From: Tubiluchus corallicola
Lineage: Eukaryota > Animalia > Priapulida
DNA length: 64,000 nucleotides
Assembly: GCA_030141605.1 (NCBI GenBank)
Contig: JAQGDQ010000576.1
Span: 62,001-126,000, forward strand
Direction: 5' to 3'
Under the pieces are notes generated by a model that searched no databases, was not told the DNA's origin, and saw only the letters and a program-made list of their open reading frames with translations. The translations under genes and the position numbers were made by a program. Positions 36,856 through 49,153 of this stretch are shown here, piece by piece. The stretch's first letter is position 1. Every line of letters begins with the position of its first letter.

Positions 36856-37030
36856 TGTATATGAGTTTGTGTTCCATTGCAGTTCCTAACTATTATCACG
36901 TCTGGTGATGCATCTTCTGCGAGGTTTGCTGTGATAACGTTTTCAACGGCAGGTGCAACACCCAATGTAATCTGTCCAGTGTTTTTAGCTTGCGACAAGT
37001 CATCGGAATGTGGTATTGCGGAATGAGTAT
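36856..37030 (-). CDS. SLC13: SLC13 paralog A exon 5 (cytoplasmic loop)
   Basis: tttttttaccag / CA|gtaatg, 175 nt, phase 1->2; QITLGV and TANLAED match QVALGV and SANLVEE in paralog B exon 5. Confidence 0.75.
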
Positions 37031-37790
37031 CTGGTAAAAAAATATAAGCATTATGTACTACAATCAATGTCTCCCATATTCTAACAAAATATTGTAGTGT
37101 TTTATACGTCATTTCTATTGAAAAAAAATAAAAAGGCCATTTTACAAATTTGCATTCAATTCTGTAGTTCTAGACTTTACTAAACACAAACATTAAGTAA
37201 ACCTAATTTGGTAATTTTACTAATTTATACTATGTAACACGTTCTATCGAATTATAAGATTGTCATTAATTAAACTAAAATGTTCAAAGTGATCAGTTCA
37301 ATCAAAATAATATAAAATGATGTATTTACTTACATCGTACATCTCCATAAAGCAAATCTAGTATTTACCAACATATCTGACAAATTATCGCTATCATACT
37401 GTGAAAAACTATTTTAAAGAAGCCTGTTAACGTCTACCAACTAACTCACTTGTCCAGGTAGAAACAGATCTGCACAGGTGAATCACCGTGGTCACGTGAC
37501 CAACGAGATACTTAGCAAAATTCCCTACACATTATTATAGCTAGAAATGCAACACTGTAAAGTTTTTCTGTAGCTCATCTGTTTTTCCTTCTTTTTCTGA
37601 TCATTCGTGTTATTTCCATTTACTTTCTTGATTCTCTTTCTTCTTCTGTCATTCCTTTCCTTCTCCCTTCTCCCTTTTGTTTTCCCAGTTTCCCCAACAA
37701 TTTCTGTTGTTCTTCCTCTTTTTTCTCTATTTGGCACAACCACATGCTCCTTCATCTGTTCAGACCTACCAACCTCATGCAACTGCCCAG

Positions 37791-38206
37791 CAGGGCCGGA
37801 ACTAGATGTGGCAAGCAGGGGGGGTGCAAAAATTTTCTGGGAGGGGGCGAGGTATCCGAAGTGGTTAAATAATGGTTAAGCCAATTTTTAACCCCTTTTA
37901 TACTGCATGCAGGCCTATAATTAGCATGTGTGTAGGACGGCGTAGCGGACAGAGCAATAGTGAGAAAATTAACTCTCAGTTAACCTAACGTTATTAATGT
38001 GCCTCTAACTAAATTGTTATTTACAGAAATTTATCACACACAAGTTTTAAGAAAATAATACACTGAAGCTACCAAACATTTTTTTACCTAATTCTAATTC
38101 GTACTGAAAATGATTACATGCGAACTGCAATTTTCACTGCAAAAAAAATTATTTGTCCGATTTTGCAGGGGGGGCGCCCCCTTGCTCCCCTCTAGTTCCG
38201 CCCCTG
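37791..38206. mobile_element. hAT-type MITE
   Basis: TIR CAGGG.CGGAACTAGA, perfect 8-bp TSD CTGCCCAG. Confidence 0.82.
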
Positions 38207-38332
38207 CTGCCCAGCTTGCTGTCATTCCCTTTTCGACATCTCTTTCTTGTGTGCTTAAGAGGTTCCTCGCTGTCTTACCCGTCACTCCTTCTTCTTTCAC
38301 CTTTTTTGCTCATTTTTTATCTGCTAACTTAC

Positions 38333-38469
38333 GTGTGGTATTTCTACCATCTCGCACCATCAGCTCTTTCAAAACAACCGACACGATGGGTACCATCAGC
38401 GTTGTGGTCACCATGTTACAAATCCACATGGCCACAAAGAAAGTCACAGCCATAAACCCGAGCATTAAC
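38333..38469 (-). CDS. SLC13: SLC13 paralog A exon 4 (LMLGFM...AMWICNMVTTTLMVPIV; first hairpin)
   Basis: ttttgtag / C|gtaagt, 137 nt; HPin motif reads CNM instead of SNT. Confidence 0.92.
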
Positions 38470-39195
38470 CTACAAAATAAAGCAGCAATTGAAACAAATG
38501 AAGCCAAGTTTATGGAATAGACTAAGCTGCAATTCAAAATGTAGTCACTCCCTTTCAACTTTTAAAAAAACCGTCAGAAAAGAAATATTTCAAAAGTATT
38601 GAGAGTAACACAATTTGATAATGCTAATCACCTGCATTCTTTTTCCACAGTAATCTTAATATAACGTGACTATGCTCAACAGGTTACTGAACGCTTTATA
38701 ATCATGATCACAGTTTTTCTTAGTTCTTGCTCCATTTCATCTTTCATTCACTACTCCCCCCGCCCCACTTTTATGTATATATTATCGTTATTTCATTATT
38801 TCAATAATTAATCATTTTTTTAAGATTTCTATGTACAGTTTGGCCTGTCAAGCTATGCTTTTAGGCTCAAACTGTATGCATCAAAATTACTCTGTAATGT
38901 AATTTGCACATGTATATGCTGCATTTTGTAATTTCTGGATAATACTGCATTTATATTTATATTTACCTTAGTGAAATTATCTGTATTTTTATTATAATTG
39001 TTAGATGCAGAGTGGAAATAAATAAACTTATAGCTTATAAGTTATAAGTGCTCATAATTGTTCGACATCAATAATTAAAAATCAAATAACTTCAATGATT
39101 TACCGTGCTCAATGCAGAGGTTCTAAATGCATGGAAAGGTGGAGACTAAACATCGACACAAAAATTAGGTGCCAAAAATGAGTTGAAAATCATAC

Positions 39196-39311
39196 CATTG
39201 TAGCTGCGATCCCACAAGCATCAAGACTCCCAGAGCTAGTCGTTTGTGCAAGTTACAGTGCTGAACAGCAACAGATAAGGTCAAACCTCCTATGAATAAG
39301 ATTTGCGTATC
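39196..39311 (-). CDS. SLC13: SLC13 paralog A exon 3 (DTQILFIGGL...NLHKRLALGVLMLVG)
   Basis: tacag / TG|gtatga, 116 nt, NLHKR motif. Confidence 0.93.
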
Positions 39312-39381
39312 CTGTACAGAAAAACAGCCATCATATATCGTTCAAACTTTTTGTATAATTTAGATATTATTTTAAAGCTTT

Positions 39382-39813
39382 TGTGGAAGTTGGAATTGTA
39401 CATTTTAATTAGGTGCTGCCATCTATGGTCTAATCCTCTTACGTTCTACCAGCTGACTTACCCCTAGTATAATTGTATGGTCCAGTGAATGCATATTCAC
39501 AGGTCCTCTCCCTATTTTAAAGTAATGGCTGTTGTGAAGCCTGTGCAAGTCTGCATAGGTCATCTATACCTATATATACTGACTGGTTTTACTTTATAGT
39601 CACTCTCTAACTCTCAGTGTTCATTGCAGGAGTCTCTCTCACTCTCATTCTCAGTGTTCAGTGCAGCAGTCATGCTACTCATGTGTCTGTAGTTTTAATA
39701 AACACTTTTCTGTTGTGTGCAGTGCAAATATGTATTATAGATTTTTTATTCTTGTTCATACTTCTGTGCCTAAACTCAATCATAACAAAGTGAGTGATCT
39801 ACAACTTCAAACA
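39382..39813 (+). mobile_element. LTR family 1 copy, 3' end slightly truncated
   Basis: Near-identical to 21825 and 58995 copies; two minisatellite units; lacks final TGACTTTCACA. Confidence 0.82.
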
Positions 39814-40284
39814 GGTTCATCTTATTCAGATCCTAGCTGGATTCAAATGTAATATGTTTGGAAATTCCTCGGTTTTCAAACAGACTCAAGATTATGATAT
39901 TCAGTAAAATATAACCAGATAAATGCAAGCTTTTTGCCACAGGGATTACCAACTGAAGTCCATGTTACTATTAATGATGTCTGATGTAATAATGTCCATG
40001 TTGATAATGCAATAATAATGCGATTTTCTTATGACCATTACACAGCGATAACTAAATAAAATGAACTCTAGTTGAAACAATTAGCAAAAGTTGCCTGTTA
40101 TCCACCAGCTTTGTTTTGGTGGCTATCACAGGTAACCATGGTAACAGAAGTTATCATATTAAATGCAGTTAGAAAGCCTATTTCCCATGAAATTTTCTAT
40201 GTAACGATACAATTTTTTTAAAAGAGCATTTCTCATGAGCAGAACAGATAACTAGAAACCGAAACGACAAATGGCAGTTTTTAC

Positions 40285-41074
40285 GAGGGCTATGGAGTCG
40301 GAGTCGTTGAGTTGAAGTCGGCAGTGGATTTATTGCTAAAGGAGTTGCAGCCAGAGTTGGGACTAGGGAGTACACTTATTGTTAGAGGAATCGGAGTAAA
40401 AGTCGGCTTTGGAATCCACTTATTGTTAGAGCAGTGGTTCCCAAAGTAGGGGTAAATTACCCCCCCCCCCCCCCCCGGGTAATATGGTTTTTTTGGGGGG
40501 TAACGGGCGCGCCTCTGAAAATTTTTAAAACTTCGCTCGGAATGCATTTTACGTTGTTTTCTTCTTGAAGAGACTGCCTCCGGCAGGCAATACAACAACA
40601 ACACCTGGAAATTTATTTATGTCACGAGCAAACATAAATAATTTTGCTTGCTTGTGGCATATACGTGTGTTTACTTTTTGAGTTGGAGAAGTAGTACTAG
40701 GTGGGGGTAATGGACACCACCGGGTTTCCCGATTTGGGTAACGGTCCGAGAAAGTTTGGGAACCACTGTGTTAGAGGAATTGGAGTAAAAGTCGCTAAAA
40801 AATAGACAAACTCAAACACCAGGTACTTTTAACTTTTAACACATTTATAACGTCCCATTTTGGGGCGCTTTCATATTGGTGTCTATGCAGCTAGACTGTT
40901 TTTCGAGCATAAGAAGTAGGGATGAAATGCCATTGTCATTAAATATTGAGAGTATTACAAACTGTTACTTAAAGACAGGAGTCAGAGTTGGTGTCAGGAG
41001 TTGAGTCTTCTAAAATTCTAGGAGTCCAAGTCTAGCCAGAGTCAGGAATTTAATGTACCGACTCCATAGCCCTG
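40285..41074. mobile_element. hAT-type MITE with GGAGTC subterminal repeats, hosting a nested MITE
   Basis: TIR AGGGCTATGGAGTCGG, perfect 8-bp TSD GTTTTTAC. Confidence 0.8.
40432..40768. mobile_element. hAT-type MITE nested in 40285-41074
   Basis: TIR CAGTGGTTCCCAAA, perfect 8-bp TSD TGTTAGAG. Confidence 0.85.
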
Positions 41075-41353
41075 GTTTTTACTAGCAAAGAAATTTTACG
41101 GTCAAAATTGAGACAACGATTACATGTGATGAGCTTTTCATGTTGGTTGTGAAAAGACAGAAACCATGCAACATGTTAACCTCTCGTCTGCACGCTCATT
41201 TGTTGTTATTCATTAATACTGTTTAAGTGTGCGTTAGATTGGATGCACACTAACACCGAACATGACGAAAGTCAAAGCGAAATGAATGTTTGTAATGAAT
41301 GTTCGTTCAAATTTTCAGATTCGACTGCTAGGCCCTATTCAACCGTACCTTAC

Positions 41354-41503
41354 CTTTATATATGCCTGTGCCACTTCTGATGCGCTCATAATTCCAAGCA
41401 TGGGAAACAACACCAGAGGCATTAAAGCAGTGACAGCTAGAGGATAAACCTCCACAATCCAGTAAATGGCCATCCATATCAAAACGTAAGCACATCGGGC
41501 AGC
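41354..41503 (-). CDS. SLC13: SLC13 paralog A exon 2 (AARCAYVLIWMAIYWIVEVYPLAVTALMPLVLFPMLGIM...AYIK)
   Basis: ttacag / AAG|gtaagg, 150 nt, classic SLC13 TM2 sequence. Confidence 0.93.
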
Positions 41504-43237
41504 CTGTAACAGACATTTGGCAAGCTAAGTTTCACAAAAAGCTTTAGCAGTTACCTGCAATATAATTCTATCTCAAAAACTGATCATTATGCAGCTGTAT
41601 TACTTGGTTAAATTCCTTTCCAGGTTTTAGCCGTAAAGAGGAAAAGGCACGTCATAAAAATGAACATATGCTAACCAATGGTCCCTGTCACGCAGATAAT
41701 CCATTTGCCATCTTTCACCTACAGCAGTTTGCCTACCACAGGCCGTCAGCCCATAATCTGTAGTAGGCTCCTCATAAGCCATTTAGGTTCATAAGGTGCC
41801 TTAATGCGAAGTGAATTTGGCCATTAATTCCATTTGCTATAAGGCGTTTTTGTTTATTGCTAACTCGAAAATTAGTGTGCTTAAGCTGCTTTCTATACAA
41901 AATTCATTTACATCATAATAATTCATAACACCGATGTACTGTTAAGTATAAACTAAAAAGTATTTTAACCCACAATACAGTCAACCCTCGATAAAGCGGA
42001 CTAATGGGGGGGGTCCGGTTTAGCCGATTGTCCGATTTATCCGATATGCCTATATATGGTCATTATTATACAGGAATAATCACCTTAATAAGGCCTATAT
42101 ACTGTTCACTATATACTATACTGTATATTACTTTAAAATAGTTAACCTGTGAGGATAAAGAAATTATTGTACAGTTGGTAGGCCGTGTTGTGTTTAGCGC
42201 TCAGGCTCGGATGGAAATCGGTCAGTTTCCTTTACCACGGATGACGTCCGTCTTATCCGATATCCGGGTTAACGGGGTCCGGTTTAACGAGGGTCGACTG
42301 CACTTATTTACGACTACTGTATTACTACGATACACACAGTAACTGTACACTACATGCAGGAGGGAGCATATCAGTCAATCATGTTATACAATGTATGTGA
42401 TTGACAATCTGTTATTCTGCAATGAAGAAATCTGTTTCTTTGTAATGAGTAAAGTTACATCAACTATTAAACTATAGTATCTATTACATTAAATTATAGT
42501 AGTTTCGTGCCACCAAAAAGAGATAATGGCAAAATAGGCCTTGCTAGTGACACAGAGTAAATCGCATACTGCCGATTACGACATGCGCCTTATGGAAGAC
42601 ACCTTGTGACTTACAGGATACGGCTTGCTCCTTACGTCTTTCTCTGCGTGACATGAGGCTAAAAGAAACTGTAAACTGAAACAACAACAATAAGCCTTTC
42701 CACAATTTTCTCGTGCACGTGCGTAGTTGCTGTAAGTCAAAGGTTTTAAGTTAATCACAGCAACGCATATTAACTACAACAGTCATATTAACTACAACAG
42801 TAAAACAAAGCCATCTGCCACATCAGTTCGGTAACTTCAGTTGTTTTATGTGACCTTTACTTAACTATGCATTAGTCTGCCTGTAGAGTGGAAAAAATGA
42901 ACTAGGTAAGGTTCTGTGACTAGCATTCGCCCCTTTTCTTAATTACTTTTACAACAGCATGGGGTGCGAGGCGTTGTCACGTGTACAAAAAATGCACTGT
43001 CTGGCTCACTTAACCTTTGATCTTTTCATTATCATCATCAATCACTGGAACTGTGAAAAGGCTTATTTAATCTAATTATAATTTGGTTCTGTTGATTCCT
43101 GTAAAAAAACTTCTACAGCCTGTACAATGCCTGGCCTGGGCTGTTCTGGTGTTTAAGTTTTGCGAGACATGTGACGCATATTTGCACTTGTCAATACATA
43201 AATGTACGCATTCACTGACTAATGAAGTGAAAAGTAC

Positions 43238-43357
43238 CGGTGATTGCCACACTAATGGCAAGAAGAGTAGACCAACAGGTGTTCCGAAAGCTGCAACAGA
43301 AACTCGATGTGTCCAAAGCCCCGAGAGTATTCTTTTCATGGATATTGTTGGCGGCAT
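43238..43357 (-). CDS. SLC13: SLC13 paralog A exon 1 (MPPTISMKRILSGLW...LPLVWQSP)
   Basis: ATG at 43357 (alternative 43339), TP..L.LPL motif, CCG|gtactt donor, 120 nt. Confidence 0.8.
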
Positions 43358-46300
43358 CCCGCTGCCTTTGAACTCTTTAAAGCATCAACTCATTTTCAAC
43401 ATCATCAGAATCTGTCACTTGAACTAAACACTTCTGTTCCTGCTGTATTGAAAACATGATGCATTTAATTTACGTACAAGATGCAGACTAAATTGTAATG
43501 TACAAACGCCATTGCAAACCAATGCAATTTATCCACTGTTTAGATAAAACTGTTTGATTTTGTGATTTATTTGTTTTAATATCTTCGTTATATAATGATA
43601 TAGATGGCTCTTACACAGGTATGCAAATAATAATGACAGATTGTAACTGTGCCTCACTGTCTAGTTTATGTTTGATTGTACAAAGTGCACTAGACTGACT
43701 GCATGTTTGTTCTATTCATAACGTCTTTACAAAAAGCTGAACAGGCATCATAATCAGCCTTACATTTGCACAGTATTGTAACATCTAATTCTTTTCATTT
43801 TTGTTTACAACGAAATGGCTAAGAGCCATCAATTAGCACTTTCACTTGACCGGGACAAACCTGCTTTTACAATGCTATAGTTGCAATTGTTTTAATCTTG
43901 AATTCTCCCATCCCACCCGCCGGAACGGGGAAGTTTATAATATTTTTGCCATGGCTGGGTTGTCAATAGGTGAAACTCACCATAATTCGCCTCATTGAGC
44001 TGGCTCCAATTCTCCCACTAGACCCACCACCATCCCGCATCCTTCGTTCTTTTGCCTGATATCACTCAAAAGTTGTCGTCCATCACCCAACATCTTCATT
44101 TTGCAGGAAAAAACCCTCCTTCACAGTTGGCAAATTATGTTTGAATCGTGGATCTGCCCATCCTAATTGTTGGTCAATTATTTTTGTGAATTAGGTGACA
44201 GGTCACTGGATTATTCCCCATAATGAGGTCAGATCTTCCTACCATGCCTGCCATTGCTTCACAGCTAATTAATAGGCCTGTTTACACCTATTTATGGATT
44301 TGCGCTCAGAATGACCTTTTACCATGATTATCATCTTTTCCCAAAGTTACCACATGCACAAAATCTGAAGGCTATTTCAACTGGTTCAGGTATAACTGGT
44401 ATGAACTCAAAGAGTGGGTAGACGACGAAGACAGACAGATTTGAATTTGAGATTTTTTTCTGTGCTATTTTTAACGCACCATTTTTTCCGGTGCCATTTT
44501 TACCTACTCTTCCATTTGTGACATTATTTCCAGCGCCACTTTTACCATGCATTTTTTGTGCCATTATTACCCCTGCCATTTTTACCTTCATACATCTAGG
44601 ACATGTCGCTAAAACTAGTGTATTTTCAATGTTCAAACACTAGTCCTTTGCATACTTGCTTAATCGTGTATTTGCTTTATATATTTATTGCTTGTTGCCT
44701 ATTACTTATTATACATCTTCTTTTGTTTTTATTTTTGAAATTAGTGTATTTGCTGAATCGGACAAAATTTGTTAAACATGTAAATTTTTGTATTTCTAGA
44801 TATTATTATTTGTATAATTTCCTCACTTTTTGATAATTTGTATTACTTTTTTTAAAGATGAATAATTGATTTGGATTTGCTATTTCCTTTACACATGTAT
44901 ATTTTTGTATTTCTGCATATTCATGTATTTTTCTAATTTTTTTTCAAATTTGCCTGTCATTGGCGTCATAATGAGAAGAGTGGTTGACTCGTTAACCAGT
45001 CGCTTTTCACCACCTTTTCTCTTACGTCCTTCTGTATATTAAGTATATATTATTGGGTATTCAATGTAAAGTTAGTAAAGCCAAGGAGACAAGAAAAATA
45101 ATATTTACTCGTGATCAACAGAATTAAATTGCAGCAAGACCAATAAACAATTCCAAATATCTAAACAAGAACTTAATTTAAATTTAAACTACAAACTATC
45201 CCTTAGCACAACAAGGAAAAACAAAATATGTCAGAAATGTTGAGTACGTATCATTGAAAACACGTTAGCAAGGAGACAGCCATGCTGCCGATATCCCACC
45301 ACCTCAAGAGGCACCGGCCAGTTGCTAATGTTAGCGGATCACTGACAAAGACTCCAGCCCTCTCATTTCTCGAGGATGATGCAAAATTATAGCCTCTTAC
45401 TAACTACTATACATGTGCGAAGAGACGAAAACAAAAAAATAACAATACAAAACAATTTGCATTAAGTTTTAACTTTCAGCAAGTTTAATAAAGTGGACGG
45501 GTTAAAAACTATAAAATTAATAGCATATGTGCTAATAAGCCCATCTCTAGATTACGAATTACGTCAAAGTATTGCTGTAACATCAATAGTAAATTTATCA
45601 TATCGTTGTACCTTGTAGACTGGTAAAGCCTGTAATCTTGCTTCTCGAGGAATATGGTCGGAGCAGATCGAATTGTATAATTTGAAAATACACCAAACTT
45701 CAGGTGAATAGTACATTCGCCTGAGTACGTTGCCGTTGTGTATGTTCGCGCCATTTCAAGAAACAGCATAGAACGTAAGAAGGCTCAAAAACATTGTGTG
45801 ATATCTGCAAGATGTGTTGGGGATATTAGCTAAATTCCATCAATAAATTCTCTGAATTCAGATTCCGAATTTAAAATATTTTTCCGAGATGACAGACCGT
45901 TGAAGGTGCCCATGGCTTCCACTAAATACTGGAGGCACAGTAGTTTCTCTAATGATTTAGGTGTTACTATAACTATGAAGTAATAAAATGTTCTGTCCCA
46001 TTAATCCTTGTTTTCGAATCACCTAATGTGCAACCTGCTGGGAGATCAGAGTTTCACATACACAAACGTAATAAGCAAATAAGTTGCATTGAAATTGTAT
46101 GAAAAGTAATCATGCCCTCACAACATGCTTATGATGATAAGGAGTTTTTTGTTATTCGTTTTCCTGTGAATCTTACAAACACTCAAAGTTCCTTTAATAG
46201 TTATGTTAAACGAAAGAGTATGTTAAAATCACTACTAATTTATTATTGATAGTTGCATTGGTCTTTATTCAGCTCATAATATCTGAAATTATTTCTCATC

Positions 46301-46623
46301 TTCTGCACTCACACAGGTATATATTTCAACAATTTGATTTATCACTCTCAACGTTTCCCCGTTTTTTACTCTGTAGTGTTTCCAGCTGTCAATAATTTCC
46401 CGAGGTTGCTGACATCCTCCTATCAATCCTGGAAATTATCACTAAGAATAATTCTGAAGAAGATGCAAAGTTTGCAACACAATGAAGCAGTAAGATAGCA
46501 AGGTTTCATCAATGAATGATACATTATAAAATTTGGAAAAGCTTCTACAAAATTATAGCTTTCTGCCTCTTAATGCTTCTGGCATAATTTTATGAGTTCA
46601 CTAAACTACTGTGACTCGGTTAA

Positions 46624-47006
46624 CCCTTTCATACCCGTTATATCCCGTGGGATACGAGAATATTTTCTGCCTTTAAAACTAATAAAATTTAAAACTGACA
46701 GTTATTTGATCTGTTAATAGTTATTTTGATTTAAGCCAATAACAAAAGACTAAAAATGGTGATAAAATGGCAAACTAGAAAATCTACATACCATAAAGAA
46801 CTGCTCAAGGTACAGTACTTTAGAGACGACTTTGTACAGATCAGCATAGCATGCATATTAAATGTCTTAAATACTTTAAAAATGATCAGCAGTTGCAAAA
46901 TGAAGCACATTTTATGCTTCCATTGAATCCCAATGTATCCCGTGTTATACAGGCTATATTTAGCACGCGGGCACAGGTAGAAAAAAATAATTTGGGACTG
47001 AAAGGG
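46624..47006. mobile_element. piggyBac-like MITE (copies ~21243-21690, ~61773-62110, end fragment ~30730)
   Basis: TTAA|CCCTTTCA ... TGAAAGGG|TCAA termini; multiple near-identical copies. Confidence 0.75.
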
Positions 47007-47360
47007 TCAATTTGTACTAACATCTCCGGGAGAGTGTAGCAGACCCAGCTTGCCCTGGCACAACACTTTTCAAAGGCAGCGTTGTTTTGGTATCTCAAGT
47101 ACCTTATTGTCCATTTCATACTCTACACCCTTACAGGTTCGATAGTTTATTGAAGTAATAGTCATAATAATGTATAAATTCAGTTATGCATGAAACTATT
47201 TTTCTATTTGTAGTATTTTAACGATGTGACATTTTCTCAAGTTTACAAAAATTATATCCTGAAAGGTTAATGTCATATCCAGTTCTTGTCCACTAATCCG
47301 ATGTTGCCCAAATGTTGTTGCCTCCACACTATTCTTGATATACAGGTATTACAACGATAA

Positions 47361-47880
47361 AAGATAAGATAAGATAAGATAAGATAACATTTATTTTCAT
47401 CGGTATGATATAAAACAGTACATATTTGTAAAACATGAGCTTAAAGCTCGTAAACCTATATCAAACATAATGTATATGAGCGATAACATGGTAAGAATAT
47501 GTACTTCTTAAAATCTTTTGGATGCCACCTACATGAAGACAGTAAAAATTTGAGACAGTAAAATTTTAGGCAGTAACATTTTCTAAAATTTACACAAAAA
47601 GCTATCTAGGTCAATAAAAATTTTTCCTGTCAACATATTCAGCATTTAATTACGACTTAACAAAATTGGGAAGTTTGCTGAATTTACAAATGGCACATTT
47701 ACATGATACACCAGTCCATGAGTTAATTAGACGTTTAAATTCTCCAAGATTTTCGGCCATTCGGAGACAGTTTGGTAATTCATTCCACAATGTGGCTCCA
47801 TAATAGGAGAAACTTTTCTTACCATATGTAACACCATCATATGTAGGGTGTTCTGCAGTGTTCATTTTTCTGAGATGCGA
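47361..47880 (-). mobile_element. CR1/L2-group LINE 3' fragment
   Basis: TYGKKSFSYYGATLWNELP...FKRLINSW...CKCAIC peptide; (TTATC)n tail at 47361-47387. Confidence 0.78.
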
Positions 47881-47968
47881 TGATTCTCAGATTCTTTGTA
47901 CGATGACCCACAAAGTTGTTCTTCCTTTATACACTTGATAAAAATTCTATTCAATATTATATCAATCG

Positions 47969-48115
47969 CTAACCACTGCTGCATGTCTGATTGTTGCCGT
48001 CGAGTGCCGCCCAATCAGGAAACGTGTTCCAGTCAAAAACAAAGTATCCATAACTGCTTGCAATGACAGTAACGATTAAACAGCAGACAACGTTCATTAC
48101 TAATCCAGCTTTTGC
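47969..48115 (-). CDS. SLC13: SLC13 paralog B exon 15 (AKAGLVMN...FPDWAALDGNNQTCSSG*)
   Basis: ttgttacag acceptor, TAG at 47971-47969, NQT sequon. Confidence 0.94.
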   Translation of the reverse strand, partial: AKAGLVMNVVCCLIVTVIASSYGYFVFDWNTFPDWAALDGNNQTCSSG

Positions 48116-48322
48116 CTGTAACAAAAACAATTTATTTATTGTCAACATGTAAAGTAAAAATATAATGGAGACTCAGTAAGTAATTCTCTTACAAATTTTA
48201 AAACGAGTTTTTTATTTTTTATCTATAGCTTTTCGAGAGACGTATCACCTGTTTTACAAAGTTATTTTTCTGATAACTGAGGGTAAGTCTAGTCACAGTT
48301 TAAACAATAGTATTACATAGTT

Positions 48323-48869
48323 GTTTACGGCCATATCACGTTGGAAACACTGGTTCTCGTCTGATCACCGAAGTTAAGCAACGTAGAGCCTGGTTAGTAC
48401 TTGGATGGGTGACCGCCTAGGAATACCAGGTGCTGTAGGCTTGCGGGATGCCCACACTGTATCTCGACACTAGGCGGAGGAGCTGCACAAGCAGTCAACG
48501 ACTAGAGGGCGGAGGAGGTCAAGTGACCCAACGGCCATGTGTAGAGGAGTAAACCTTCCAAATCAGGAGTGGTGCCCCGAAGGCGGACCAGTGCAGCATG
48601 CTCACTGACTCCAGCAGCTCCTGCGGCCAACCTGGTGCCAAACGTATCGCTCCGCTTTCCTTTGGACTACACCAGGGAGGAAGAGAGGAGGTTCCTGTTG
48701 TCTGGGCAACTCAGGGTCTTCATATACCTTGCCCAGGCGTGCGCCCTGGAGACGTTCAAGGATCGGATTGCTCAGCCACAGTCGACGTTGCAGCTCCACC
48801 AATGTGATCAATAACTGACTCTCTTGGCGCACATTCCATTGTCTTCCGAGACAGAAGGATGCCAACAAA
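48323..48869 (+). mobile_element. 5S rRNA-derived SINE, full-length copy
   Basis: 120-nt 5S head (48323-48442) with A and C boxes, ~430-nt body ending GTCTTCCGAGACAGAAGGATGCCAACAAA. Confidence 0.9.
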
Positions 48870-49153
48870 TACGTATGTATTACTATTGTTTAAAATGTGG
48901 TCTAGAGTAGATTTGTGATGCCACAATTAAAGGACGCAGTCATTTATTCTCTGATACGCACAAATTTCCATTATACATGTAGTAGTAGTAGTAGTATTTG
49001 TATATGCATCGCTGGAGTGAAATAAATTGATTGATTGATTGATTGATATGGCAAAAGATTCTTTTTAATTTTGTTTTTGAATTATTATCCAATACGTTGT
49101 AGTCACTTCATTTTGGATAGTAACTCACCATGTTTGGAATTGATAAAACCTAC

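Larger units (their letters stand above)
17640..43357 (-). other. SLC13: SLC13/Indy-family (DASS) Na+-coupled di/tricarboxylate transporter gene, paralog A, complete: 15 coding exons, 1935 nt, 644 aa
   Basis: All 15 exons have GT-AG boundaries, matching phases and no stop or frameshift; hallmark peptides [43 protein letters not shown]. Confidence 0.93.

Noticed and set aside
37450-37524. Possible 75-nt symmetric cassette exon in SLC13-A intron 4 (gtgtag...A|gtgagt, open frame)
   Set aside because: Weak polypyrimidine tract, no similarity to SLC13 loops, not needed for frame; needs RNA-seq.
42480-42758. Candidate SLC13-A exon 2 (AYCCC / YAIYSV peptides)
   Set aside because: Stops and no motif match; the true exon 2 is at 41354-41503.
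43920-44270. Harbinger-like transposase remnant (WWV...YGEFHLL on minus strand)
   Set aside because: Too short and degenerate to support without a search.
48323-48442. Functional 5S rRNA gene (also 26034-26151)
   Set aside because: No oligo-T terminator, substitutions in stems, fused to a dispersed body with retroposon hallmarks.
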